Source: Flavobacteriales bacterium
GTDB taxonomy: Bacteria > Bacteroidota > Bacteroidia > Flavobacteriales > Schleiferiaceae
Direction of reading: 5' to 3'
NCBI GenBank assembly: GCA_017795025.1
Contig: CP051243.1
Span: 2,316,897 to 2,380,896 of the forward strand
Length of the DNA stretch: 64,000 bases
Numbering within the stretch: the first letter of the stretch is position 1; the number at the start of each line of letters is the position of its first letter. This document shows positions 38,282 through 48,700 of the stretch, one piece after another. A program made the translations under genes and the position numbers. Under the pieces are notes generated by a model. The model saw only the letters and a program-made list of their open reading frames with translations, was not told the origin of the DNA and searched no databases.

Positions 38282-41200
38282 ATGCGCAAGTACCTCATTT
38301 TCGCAGGTTTAATCCTGCTGGGTTTGGACATTGCTCCCAACCTTAGTCCGCGAGACCAGTATGCTCTGTTTCTTAAAAACCACCCTTTTAACAATCGTCC
38401 CCGCTTAAGTCCGGAGCAATGGAAGCAAGTCCCCAAAGAGGACCGTCCGGATCTAGCTTGGGAGCAAAACTTTTTAGCCACCATGGACCCGGCTTTGGGT
38501 CGACCGGTGCCCGAACGTTTGCAAGCGGTTTACCAAATAGTGGACCAACAGCAAAATATGCCCTTACCGGGAATTCCAGGTTCGGCCGGGCATCCTTGGG
38601 TAGAACGAGGTCCTGATAATGTGGGGGGGCGTACCCGCGCCTTGATGTGGGACCCCAATGCCAGCTCGGGAAATAAAGTTTGGGCCGGCGGGGTTACGGG
38701 CGGATTGTGGTACAATAACAATATTACTTCCGCTAACTCGGCATGGGTTTCGGTGAGTAATCAATGGGATAATATCGCCATTACGGCTATTGCCTACGAC
38801 CCTAATAATACCCAAACCTTTTATGTGGGAACTGGCGAAGGCTGGGGAACCGGCGCTTCTCGGGGTGCCGGGATTTGGAAGTCGACCGACGGTGGAGCCA
38901 CTTGGACCCAACTAGCCAATACCACCGGCTATCATTATGTGAACGACCTGGTGGTGCGCGACGAAAATGGCACAAGTGCAGTGTATGCCGCTTGCCGCGA
39001 GAATTTCTTTCGGGGTACTTGGCATGGCGTCAATGGTTTATTCCGCAGTGTAAATGGCGGTAGCTCCTGGACCCAAGTGATGCCTAATGCTCCTGGCTCT
39101 TCGCAGCCCTATGCGGTGGCCGACTTAGAAATCGCCGCCGATAATCGTATTTGGGTAGGTACCCAGCAAAATTCCCAGTTAGACGGCGGAGGTCGAGTAA
39201 TGTACTCCGATAATGGCACCACCTGGACCGTTTCCCGCACCATCGCTGGGGGCGAACGGGTAGAAGTTGCGGTAGCGCCCTCCAATTCCTTTGTGGTGTA
39301 TGCCCTTACGGAGAGCCAGGGCCAAGCCCACGAAATTGCCCGTTCCACCAATAAGGGCAGCTCTTGGTTGGTACGCAATGAACCTAATGATGCCGATTTA
39401 GGTATTCCCGCCACCGACTTTACCCGTGGTCAGGCCTGGTACGATCTTATCTTACAGGTAGACCCCAACAATCAAAACACCATTATCGCCGGGGGTATCG
39501 ACCTTTTCCGATCGACCGATGGAGCAGGCACCTGGTCGCAAATTTCCAAATGGAGTAATAATAACAATCTGGCCAACCTCAGCTGCAGCTATGTGCATGC
39601 CGACCAGCATCAAGTGCAGTTTAAACCCGGCTCTTCCTCCACCGTAATTTTCGGTACTGATGGTGGGGTATTCTACACCAGTTCGCTAGCTACGGCGGCT
39701 ACTTCCAATGTAATTAGCGCTCGTAACCAAGATTATAATGTTACCCAGTTTTACGCCGCGGCCCTGCACCCTACTGCGGGGAGCAATTACGCCCTTGCCG
39801 GAGCCCAGGATAATGGCACCCAGCAATTTACCGCAGCCGGTTTTGGTAGCACCAACCGCGTAACCGGGGGCGATGGCGCTTACTGCTTTATCGATCAAAC
39901 CAATCCCAATTACCAAATTACCAGCTACGTTTACAATTACTATTGGCGCAGCACCAATGGCGGTTCCTTCTTTAGCAATACCCCCATCCAAAGTGATTTT
40001 AATACTGGGCGATTTATTAATCCGGCCGATTACGACGATCAGCAAAATATTCTCTATTCGACGCGTAATGCCAGCACCGTTAACCGGATTAGCAATGTTA
40101 CCGGTAGCCCTAGTGTGGGCAGCATTAGCATTAGCGGCATGAACTCTTGGGCTTCCCACTTGCGAGTTTCCCCTTATACCACCAGCAGCACCACCTTATT
40201 TGTAGGTACGGAAGCAGGCGATTTATTTAAGGTGACCAATGCCAATGCCTCCCCCAGCAGCACTAATATTAGCGGCAGCAGTTTCCCCAATGCCCATCTA
40301 TCTTGTGTAGAACTGGGTGCCGATGAAGATGAAATTATCGTCACCTTTTCCAACTACGGTGTTACCTCGGTTTGGTTTACCGATGATGGGGGCAGCACCT
40401 GGCAAAACAAAGAGGGTAACTTACCGGATATGCCGGTTCGCTGGGTCTTGTTTAATCCCAACGACCGCAATCAAGTTATCTTGGCCACTGAAGTTGGGGT
40501 ATGGTCCACAAGCAATTTTAATAGCAGCAGCCCCAATTGGGTGCCCAGTAATAGCGGCCTATCCCGGGTGCGGGTAGATATGCTTCAAATTCGTGATAGC
40601 GATGATGAAGTGATTGCCGCAACGCACGGCAGAGGCTTATTTAGTTCCGATGCTTTTAATGCCCCTCCCTTGCCAATTGCCGATTTTTACCCCCTCCCTG
40701 AAGTGGCCTGTTTAAACCAAACCATCACCTTAAGCGATTCGAGCACGGGTGGCCCTACCACTTGGAACTGGAGCATCAGCCCCAATACTTTCAGCTTTGT
40801 AAATGGCACTTCGGCGAGCAGTCAGCATCCCGAAATTCAACTTAGTGCCGCCGGCTCTTACGATATTACCCTAGTGGTAAGCAATGCCAATGGCAGTGAC
40901 ACCCTTACTAAAATCGGGGCCCTAAGGGGCGGTGGTTTACCCCTGCCCTTTACGGAAGATTTTGAGGGCAGCACCAGTTTTACGGTCGACAATCCCGATA
41001 ATGGCATTACTTGGTCTTTATATAGCATTGGTGGTACCTCCCCGGGCAATACTGCCGCGGGCATCGACTTTTTTAATTACAATGCTACCGGCGAGCGGGA
41101 TGGACTCATTTCTCCTCTTTTAGACTTTAGTAATTACACTTCCGTAGATTTAGATTTCGACTACGCCTATGCGCGCTACAGCAGCAGCTATCGCGATAGT

Positions 41201-43033
41201 ATGGCCATTTTTGTGAGTACCGATTGCGGAGCCACCTACAGCCGCGTGGCCAGCTATACTTCGGATGCGGGTAGTAACTTCGCCACCGTTTCGGATCAAA
41301 CTTCCCAATTTAGCCCCAGCGTAAGTAGCGAATGGTGTGGAAATACCCTTATCCCCAACTGTCCCAGTATCGACCTCAGCGCCTATGCCGGTCAGGCGGA
41401 GGTAATCATTAAATGGGAGGCCATTAATGGCTATGGCAATAATCTGTATATCGATAATATTAACATCAGTGGGGTGCAAAATACCACCACTCCTATTGCC
41501 GATTTCAGTGTTGACTCGGCCAGTATTTGCGTAGGGGGTACGGTTAACCTCAGCGATCAAACGGCTAATACGCCCACAGCCTGGAGCTGGAGCATCAGTC
41601 CCAACACTTATAGCTTTGTAGGCGGTACTTCGGCCAGCAGTCAGAACCCCCAGATACAGTTTAATGCCGCGGGTAACTACCAAGTAAGTTTAACCGCCAC
41701 CAACGGTTTTGGAAATGATACTAAAACCGTCGCCAATTTCATTAGTGTGAATGCCTTGGCCAGTCCATCGGTAAGCATAAGTGGTAATGCAAACTCCTGG
41801 TGTAGTGGTCAAACCGCCAGCTTCAGCGCTTCGCCCAGCAATGGCGGATCGAGCCCCAGCTACCAATGGAAGGTAAATGGTGTAAATGCAGGAAGCAATA
41901 GCGCCAACTTTAGCAGCAGCACTTTGAACAATGGAGATGTGGTGACTGTGGAAATGACCGGCAATGCCTATTGCAGCTCTAGCGGCAGCGTAAGCAGTAA
42001 TAGCATTACTGTTCTGATAACGCCCCTAGTGGTACCCACGGTAAACATTAGCAGTAGTAGCACCAGCCTTTGTGCTGGCAGCAATGTGAGCTTTAGCGCC
42101 ACGGTTAGCAATGCCGGTAACAACCCGGTGTACCAGTGGAAAGTGAACGGAACGAATGTGGGCAGCAACAGCAGCAATTTCAGCAGCACGGGATTGGCGA
42201 ATAATGATCAGGTAAGCTTAGAAGTTACCGGCTCCGGTGCTTGCGCGAGTCCTGTGGCCGGAGTCTCCAATACCCTAAGCATGAACGTGCGTCCTTTGCC
42301 CGTCATTACGGTCCCCTCACCTCCTTTCGCTCCCCTTTGTCCGGGCGATAGTTTAGTCCTCACCGCTACCGTAAATAATCACGGTATTCCCGGAATTTTA
42401 ACCAATTGGAGCGGACCTGGGGTGCAGAACAATGTGTTTTATGCCGACTTGGCCGGACCGGGTAACCACACCCTAAGCGTGGGCTATCTCTACGCCAGCA
42501 GTCCGGATTGCCCGGTAAATGAAAGTCTGCAAATAAGCGTACAAAATTTCCCCAGCCCTAGCATTAGTCGCAATGGCTTAACGCTTACCTGTAATCCGGG
42601 GGGCTATAATTACTTATGGTTATTAAATGGTAGTCCCGCCCCGGGAACTAATAATCAGCAGAGCTATAGCTTAACCGTTAATGGCAGCTATACCGTGGAG
42701 ATGTCGGGCGCCAACTGTGTTTTAGAATCCGATCCTGAGGATGTGATTGATATGAGCCAGGAAGATCTAAGGGCGACCTACGTTTGGCAGGTTTACCCCA
42801 ACCCTAGTCGGGAGCAGGTTTACTTCAGTTTACGAAATCCTGGTGCTTCGAGCATCGAAATCCGTTTGCTCGACAGTCGTGGTGCCCTGATGCGCAGCGA
42901 AACCCGGCAGGTTAATGGCTCCGAGATAAAAGAAAGCCTGCCCCTGCAAGGCTTAGCCGAAGGCGTTTATCAGCTGCAAGTTATTGTGGGTGAGCTGCGC
43001 TTCCAGGAGGCGATTCGGAAGATTGGGAGTTAG
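38282..43033 (+). CDS. T9SS-secreted multidomain protein: Asp-box (BNR/VPS10-like) propeller, PKD and Ig-like domains, type A CTD
   Basis: WVERGPDNVGGRTRAL; six or more SxDxGxTW Asp-boxes; two PKD-like repeats (WSISP..); YQWKVNG Ig repeats; VYPNP...GVYQL CTD. Confidence 0.9.
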   Translation: MRKYLIFAGLILLGLDIAPNLSPRDQYALFLKNHPFNNRPRLSPEQWKQVPKEDRPDLAWEQNFLATMDPALGRPVPERLQAVYQIVDQQQNMPLPGIPGSAGHPWVERGPDNVGGRTRALMWDPNASSGNKVWAGGVTGGLWYNNNITSANSAWVSVSNQWDNIAITAIAYDPNNTQTFYVGTGEGWGTGASRGAGIWKSTDGGATWTQLANTTGYHYVNDLVVRDENGTSAVYAACRENFFRGTWHGVNGLFRSVNGGSSWTQVMPNAPGSSQPYAVADLEIAADNRIWVGTQQNSQLDGGGRVMYSDNGTTWTVSRTIAGGERVEVAVAPSNSFVVYALTESQGQAHEIARSTNKGSSWLVRNEPNDADLGIPATDFTRGQAWYDLILQVDPNNQNTIIAGGIDLFRSTDGAGTWSQISKWSNNNNLANLSCSYVHADQHQVQFKPGSSSTVIFGTDGGVFYTSSLATAATSNVISARNQDYNVTQFYAAALHPTAGSNYALAGAQDNGTQQFTAAGFGSTNRVTGGDGAYCFIDQTNPNYQITSYVYNYYWRSTNGGSFFSNTPIQSDFNTGRFINPADYDDQQNILYSTRNASTVNRISNVTGSPSVGSISISGMNSWASHLRVSPYTTSSTTLFVGTEAGDLFKVTNANASPSSTNISGSSFPNAHLSCVELGADEDEIIVTFSNYGVTSVWFTDDGGSTWQNKEGNLPDMPVRWVLFNPNDRNQVILATEVGVWSTSNFNSSSPNWVPSNSGLSRVRVDMLQIRDSDDEVIAATHGRGLFSSDAFNAPPLPIADFYPLPEVACLNQTITLSDSSTGGPTTWNWSISPNTFSFVNGTSASSQHPEIQLSAAGSYDITLVVSNANGSDTLTKIGALRGGGLPLPFTEDFEGSTSFTVDNPDNGITWSLYSIGGTSPGNTAAGIDFFNYNATGERDGLISPLLDFSNYTSVDLDFDYAYARYSSSYRDSMAIFVSTDCGATYSRVASYTSDAGSNFATVSDQTSQFSPSVSSEWCGNTLIPNCPSIDLSAYAGQAEVIIKWEAINGYGNNLYIDNINISGVQNTTTPIADFSVDSASICVGGTVNLSDQTANTPTAWSWSISPNTYSFVGGTSASSQNPQIQFNAAGNYQVSLTATNGFGNDTKTVANFISVNALASPSVSISGNANSWCSGQTASFSASPSNGGSSPSYQWKVNGVNAGSNSANFSSSTLNNGDVVTVEMTGNAYCSSSGSVSSNSITVLITPLVVPTVNISSSSTSLCAGSNVSFSATVSNAGNNPVYQWKVNGTNVGSNSSNFSSTGLANNDQVSLEVTGSGACASPVAGVSNTLSMNVRPLPVITVPSPPFAPLCPGDSLVLTATVNNHGIPGILTNWSGPGVQNNVFYADLAGPGNHTLSVGYLYASSPDCPVNESLQISVQNFPSPSISRNGLTLTCNPGGYNYLWLLNGSPAPGTNNQQSYSLTVNGSYTVEMSGANCVLESDPEDVIDMSQEDLRATYVWQVYPNPSREQVYFSLRNPGASSIEIRLLDSRGALMRSETRQVNGSEIKESLPLQGLAEGVYQLQVIVGELRFQEAIRKIGS

Positions 43034-43172
43034 GGGTTTGGTGTTTGGTGATAGGTGGATTGTTGGATTGGGTTTTGTGGGATTGCTTCAATGTGATGTT
43101 TGCTTCAACGCAGGGAACGCAGAGAATATAGAGTTTCGCAGAGGCTGTTCCTTTTGAGCACAATATCAGCTA

Positions 43173-43387
43173 TAGGAGACCTCCCCTTCAAGGGTTGAAG
43201 GGGTGGCGCAGCCGGGGTAGTTGCTTCTCTAGTTCCTTAAGGCTAGGAAAGACATCTTAATCCAATCCTTATTTATTTTCTCGAAACAGGGAAGTTAAGC
43301 CTACCCCGTATTACAACCCGTAATGCAATGAAGGGACTGGCTTCCGACATCCATCGCAATTCACCCCTTCGCCCCGCGAAGGAAAGG
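43173..43387 (+). repeat. Inverted REP doublet (REPIN-like)
   Basis: CCCCTTCAAGGG...CGGGGTAG and CTACCCCG...CACCCCTTCGCCCCGCGAAGG flank a spacer shared with 19704-19888. Confidence 0.8.
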
Positions 43388-43467
43388 TGTAAGTCCCTCT
43401 AAAAATCCAAGAAAATAAAAGTGTGTAACTTTAGACTGTTGACCATATCCAATATAGCTTAGATCCG

Positions 43468-44016
43468 ATGAGAGGAATAATTAGTGCTTCCAATTATTTT
43501 TATCTCTTAATTACTATGACATCAAATTTGTTACTAATTGGTAATATTAAGGGACAAGATTTATTCAAGTGTGAAGTAGAGGAAATTCAGAAATTTGATT
43601 TCAGCATTAAGTCTTCTAATTGTAATTTTTACTACAATCACCTGACTAATTCTTACGATTCTCTATCTCTCGATTTTGGAAGAACCTTATCAGATTTTTA
43701 TATTGAGCTTTATACTTATGAAAGCTTAGGTTTTTGTGAGTATATGGTTTATCTTATTGATTCGGTAATTGATTCAACGGGCTATATTTTGGTGCATTAT
43801 GCTAGATTGAATTTAGAGGGAAATATAGAAGGACCAATACAGGGTTATGATGCGTTTGGTGACATCATGTACAACGGATATTTTGAGGGTGATCAGAACC
43901 GAGGAACGGTAGTTTATTATTGGACGATTAATCCTGGTGAAGGCAAAATATATAGGCCTATACAAATAGTTACATACGAGAATTATTTAGAAGTAAATGT
44001 GAAGTCATTTTTTTAA
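43468..44016 (+). CDS. AT-rich hypothetical protein, possibly with MORN-variant repeats
   Basis: 182-aa ORF; IEGPIQGYDAFGDIMYNGYFEG resembles a MORN-variant unit; followed by a terminator. Confidence 0.5.
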   Translation: MRGIISASNYFYLLITMTSNLLLIGNIKGQDLFKCEVEEIQKFDFSIKSSNCNFYYNHLTNSYDSLSLDFGRTLSDFYIELYTYESLGFCEYMVYLIDSVIDSTGYILVHYARLNLEGNIEGPIQGYDAFGDIMYNGYFEGDQNRGTVVYYWTINPGEGKIYRPIQIVTYENYLEVNVKSFF

Positions 44017-44084
44017 AAGGAATTTTAAGAACATAATTTCAGTATAGTGAATACATAAATCACATGTTCTAAATCTGTTTAATT

Positions 44085-44107
44085 GTCGCCAATATTGGCG
44101 ACTTTTT
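44085..44107 (+). terminator. Intrinsic terminator (perfect 18-bp palindrome + T-run)
   Basis: GTCGCCAATATTGGCGAC followed by TTTTT. Confidence 0.65.
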
Positions 44108-44204
44108 AACACAAACCAACCTTAGTAAAATGATGCATTTTTTGATAAATTGCCAATCATTAATCGGGTTGTTTCGGAAAATCTATTGTGTAAATATGTT
44201 CAAA

Positions 44205-44700
44205 AGTCTGGCCAGAGACTCTGTTGTACTCTAAGGTGCCAAGCCTTAGAGTAATTGCCTTTTACCTCAATTGATTATTCTCGCCCGCCAAAGCTCTAGC
44301 GGCGGCATTAATTCGCCATAGCTTTAGCGAAGGCGAATTTCGTTGTTACCAACGCCCTATCTATTTTCAATTGAGTTCGTGAGCTCGAGCAAAGCTCTCG
44401 GTTGATCAAAGAAAAATGAAAGACAATAAATGTTGAGGAGCCTTTAATCAGGTTACCATATTCGAAAAACCAGGTTGTATTTCATATTTGAAAAGTTAAC
44501 CCTACCCCACTTTCCGACCTACATCGGAAACCACCCCTTCGCCCGCGAAGGGGACGATCTCCGCAACAGAAGTTTTTCTATTGGAAGAGAATAGGTACTA
44601 CTAGAGAGCATATAGTCTAACAGGGAGCTTACGACCGCTCTCAAATCTCAGATCTCACTTCTGCCGCAGGCTCGCGACTGGTCTGGGGCGAGCCTACAGC
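44205..44700 (-). repeat. Composite palindromic repeat, copy E (inverted)
   Basis: The reverse complement reads AGACCAGTCGCGAGCCTGCGGCAGAAGTGAGATCTGAGATTTGAG...REP...CCGAGAGCTTTGCTCGAGCTCACG...CGCTAAAGCTATGGCG...GGCAATTACTCTAAGGCT, matching copies A, B and D. Confidence 0.9.
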
Positions 44701-44705
44701 TCGCC

Positions 44706-45797
44706 CTAAAAAAACAAATTAGGCAAATCATGCCCCATATCGAAGCCCTTTACCGCGCAGGATTTTTTATAGGTCCGACATAAATTACGGCCACTAAAGC
44801 GCCAGGTGATGCCAATCTCCGCCGAGCCATAGGTCTTTTCTTCACCGAGGGTAGAAACGGTCCACTCGTAAGATACCCCCACACTTAAATCGCCCCAGCG
44901 GAGCATAAAATGCGGAATAACCGCATCCACACTGCGATCGAGGAAAAGGAAGTTTTGCCGCCGCACGCTCAAACCAAAGCTCATGTATTCGTTTAAGTCC
45001 TTAAAAACCGATAAGGTGTGATGCTGCAAGCCCTGCTGATAATCGGCCAGGAGACCAAAGGTCCAATAGCGTAAATCGCGGGTGCGGCCCCTTTTCGAAT
45101 TGCCGAGGTAATAAAAGGTGTAAAAGGAAAAACGGGGCTCTAATTTTAAATCGCTTTCCAAAAAACTTTGTACCGGTCGGTTTAAGTGAAAGGCTGAAAT
45201 ACCCGCCGAAAAGAACTTGGGCCGCCGACCATCACCAAACTCATAGGTTCCGCGTATACCCGCCCCTACATCTAAATACAAATTAGAGCTGCTTTGCTGC
45301 TGCAAAATAGTACTGGCGTTTTGTACGCCTTTAAAGTAAGGGGAATACTGATCGCTAAAGGTGAGTCGACTCCAATCCAAGTATTTTTGACCCATACCAA
45401 ACTGCACCCCACCGGCAATTAAGCCTTTATTTACCCGATGCTTGGTATGCACCTTAAAGGGAAAATTAGCCGATAGCTGCCCCGAAACATTAAAGGTTTG
45501 CAAGTAACCCGCGCCCTCCACATTGTGATAAGCGATGAGGCCCATCCCCAAACGGGTTTCCTCCTCGCAAGAGATATTAGCCGATAAGGTGTGGGAAATT
45601 AAAGGGTCCGATAAACCCATGTACTGGGCCCGAGAATTTAAATGCGCAGTAAGGTCGTTGGTATAACCCGCGAAGGCCGGGTTTAAATAATTGAGATTTA
45701 GGTAGTATTGCGCAAACACCGGATCCTGCGCCATCCCCCGAAAGGGGAGCGCCAAAAACAAAGCAGCGAGCAGGTATTTAGCGAATGAGTGTAACAC
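44706..45797 (-). CDS. PorP/SprF-family T9SS outer-membrane protein
   Basis: AQDPVFAQYY.N..YLNPAFAG, R.QY, and YE..S.LG...YGS.EIG motifs. Confidence 0.9.
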   Translation of the reverse strand: MLHSFAKYLLAALFLALPFRGMAQDPVFAQYYLNLNYLNPAFAGYTNDLTAHLNSRAQYMGLSDPLISHTLSANISCEEETRLGMGLIAYHNVEGAGYLQTFNVSGQLSANFPFKVHTKHRVNKGLIAGGVQFGMGQKYLDWSRLTFSDQYSPYFKGVQNASTILQQQSSSNLYLDVGAGIRGTYEFGDGRRPKFFSAGISAFHLNRPVQSFLESDLKLEPRFSFYTFYYLGNSKRGRTRDLRYWTFGLLADYQQGLQHHTLSVFKDLNEYMSFGLSVRRQNFLFLDRSVDAVIPHFMLRWGDLSVGVSYEWTVSTLGEEKTYGSAEIGITWRFSGRNLCRTYKKSCAVKGFDMGHDLPNLFF

Positions 45798-48700
45798 TTC
45801 CTATATTTTTTCGGGTTCTACCATTTTCTTGTCCCAGCCAAATACTACCATCGTTAAACACCGCATCAATCCGCCAGGTATAGGCGCCCATGGGCAAAAT
45901 GCTTCCATTCCCTTGATGCGTACCATCCCAGGCTTCCACGGGTTTCCCCTCCTCGTCAAGGGCGGTAGTTTCGAACACAATATTGCCCCAGCGATCGTAA
46001 ATCCGCAGGCGATATTCCAATAGCGAATGTCCTTTGGGCAAAAACACATTCGACTCGGTTCCACTAATCACATCAGGGGCTAAAGCACTGGGGACATTAA
46101 GCTGTAAGGACTCTAAAAGCAGCTCCTGGCAAATAGTATCCCCGCAGCCAAAGCCGTTTATGAGGTATAAGCAAACTTCAACATTGCGTGGCCCGAGGGT
46201 GAGATCGTAAGGGAAGCGGTGACGTGGATTGAGCGCTCCCGAGCCAGTACCATCGCCAAAGTCCCAAAGGACGACCGTACTGCTATCTATATTGCCCGAT
46301 AAGCTGGTAAACTGTACTTCACGGGCGGTGAGTTTCTCCATCTCAAACCCAGCACTAGGAGTCGGATACACGCGAATAGGATCGCCTAAAATGGTATCCG
46401 AACAACCGCCATCCGTTTGCACAATTAGGCTAGGGGTGTAAAAGCCTTCTTCGAGGTAAATATGCTGGGGATTGGGGTCATTAGACTGCTTACCATCGCC
46501 AAAGTCCCAAGTCCAGGAATTGATAGCGCCCCCGCTAAAGTTGTAATTACTGGTATCCACAAACTGAACCGCTAAGGGCTCGCATCCCAATTCGGTGGTG
46601 GCGCTAAAGCCGGCCTCCGGGGCAGGACGTATAGAAACCATTTGAATGATCGTATCACTACATCCAAAGGCATTGCTTACGATTAAGGCTACCTCATAAA
46701 TTCCGTACTGATTAAACTGAAACTGGGGATTGGCCACAGTGGCAGTATGGACCCCGGGATTATTGGCGAAATCAAAATCCCAATAAAAGCCTTGCGCCCC
46801 GCTGCTAGTGCTGGTAAACTGTAAAACTTGAGGAACCGAACAGGAATCACCACTTAAACGCTGGTAGCGATAATTGGCCACCGGTTGGGGATAAACGTTC
46901 ACATTAAGCTGAGCAGAATCGACACAGCCATTAGAGCTGGTTTTGCTGAGCGTGACCGTGTATAAACCCGGGCTGGCATAGCTGTGCTGCGGATTTAAGC
47001 TGGTGGAGGTATTTCCATCACCAAAGTCCCAAAGCGTGCCTACAATACTTCCGTTTATAAGGGTAGTGGAATCGCTAAACTGTAGGGGCTGCTGATTAAA
47101 ACAGGCGTTCTGATAACCAAAGTTTACCTCGGGTTTGTCGAAAATGGTGATGCTCTGACTAAATGTATCCGGACAAGCATTGGAAGACTGGATAATCAAA
47201 ACTACCTCCATCACCCCGGCGGTATCGTAAATATGCACGGGGCTGGTTAAGGTGCTGCTATCGCCATCGCCAAAATACCAGCGGTAAGAGCTAATGAATC
47301 CCCCATTGGGCGTGCTTAAGTCGTTAAAGAAAACCGAATCGCCCTCGCACACAAAGTTGTTGGAACTAAAATTGGCTAAGGGAGATGGGTTTACGGTTAT
47401 TACCTGAAAGGCGGTATCGTAACTACAACCGTCATCCACAAACTGCGCTACGATATAGGTACCAGCAGTTTGGTAAGTAGTGCTAATGGTAGTCCCCGAG
47501 TTTACCGGCTGGTTGCAGCTTCCGCTGATGGGGTCCCAATCTAAACACCAAGAAACGGAAGTTCCCCCAAAGGAAAAATCGGTGAAGCTTACTTGTAAAG
47601 GGGCACAGCCCGATACCACACTAGCCTGCATAAAGGCCTGCACTGCCGAGGGCCGCACCGTAATGCTTAAGGATACCGTACTGTCGCCACAATCGTTCAC
47701 CGCCCGTAAACTGGGATAATAGGTCGTGTCTACAGCGCTGGGGTTTTGGTATAAATGAGTGGGCTGACCAAAAACGCGCACGCTATCCCCACTGGGGTTC
47801 ACAATCCAGCTAGGATTAAGGGTGTCTACTTGTCCATCGCCATAATCGAGGACCAAATAATTTGGGGCTCCGGTAGTTAATCCGTCGATCTGAAAGTTTA
47901 CCGGGAAAGGAGCACAGCCCACATTCGCACTGGGCAAAAAGGCAGCCACCGGATGCGGAGCTAAAGTGATGCTTCTAACTAGGGTATCGGCGCCACAGCA
48001 ATTACTACTAATAAGCTCAAAGTAATAGGTGGTGTCTTCTCTAAAACCCGATTGCAGTAAGAAACTCTGATTAAGCTGGGCATTGGTATCGGTGTGCATC
48101 ACCTGCCGATTGCCTTGTGCATCGCGGGTAAAAATGGTCCACTGTCGCGCGTCGATGCGCCCAGTACTGCTATTACTTAGGTTTACGGAATAGGGTCCAC
48201 AAGCCTGCACCGTATCGAAGCTGAAATCACTTTGGGGCAGCTCAATCACCTTAAAAGTACGGTAAGCGGTGTCTCTACAACCAAAGGCCGTTTCTACAAT
48301 AAGGCGCACTTCTTTAAATCCGGTGCTGGTATAAGTATGATTTGGATTCTGAACGGTATAATCATCGATACCATCTTCATCAACATCCCAATACCAATTG
48401 GTAATGGGCGCTCCTGCGCTCGCTACGGTGGAGGAATCGGAAAGGCTAATGCTTTGATCGCGACACCAACGTAAAGGCTCGCAATTACCCAATTTACCGA
48501 AGGCCGCAAGGGGAAAGGGATACACCTCTACGGTATCGCTAAAGCTAGCCGAACAGCCTCGATCGTCGGTTACGGTTAAAGTTACCTGGTGAGGCCCCAC
48601 TCCCGCATAAAGGTGACTGGGATTGGGGAGGGTATCGTTATTGCCATCACCAAAATCCCATTGCCAATGAATAATGCTACCCAAGCTTTGCGATAAATCG

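Noticed and set aside
39686-41683. Antisense ORFs of 157 and 177 aa within the T9SS gene (and similar ones within 2158..5607, 45778..52962 and ppc)
   Set aside because: They are shadows of long coding frames with biased codon use; the opposite-strand proteins have clear domain motifs.
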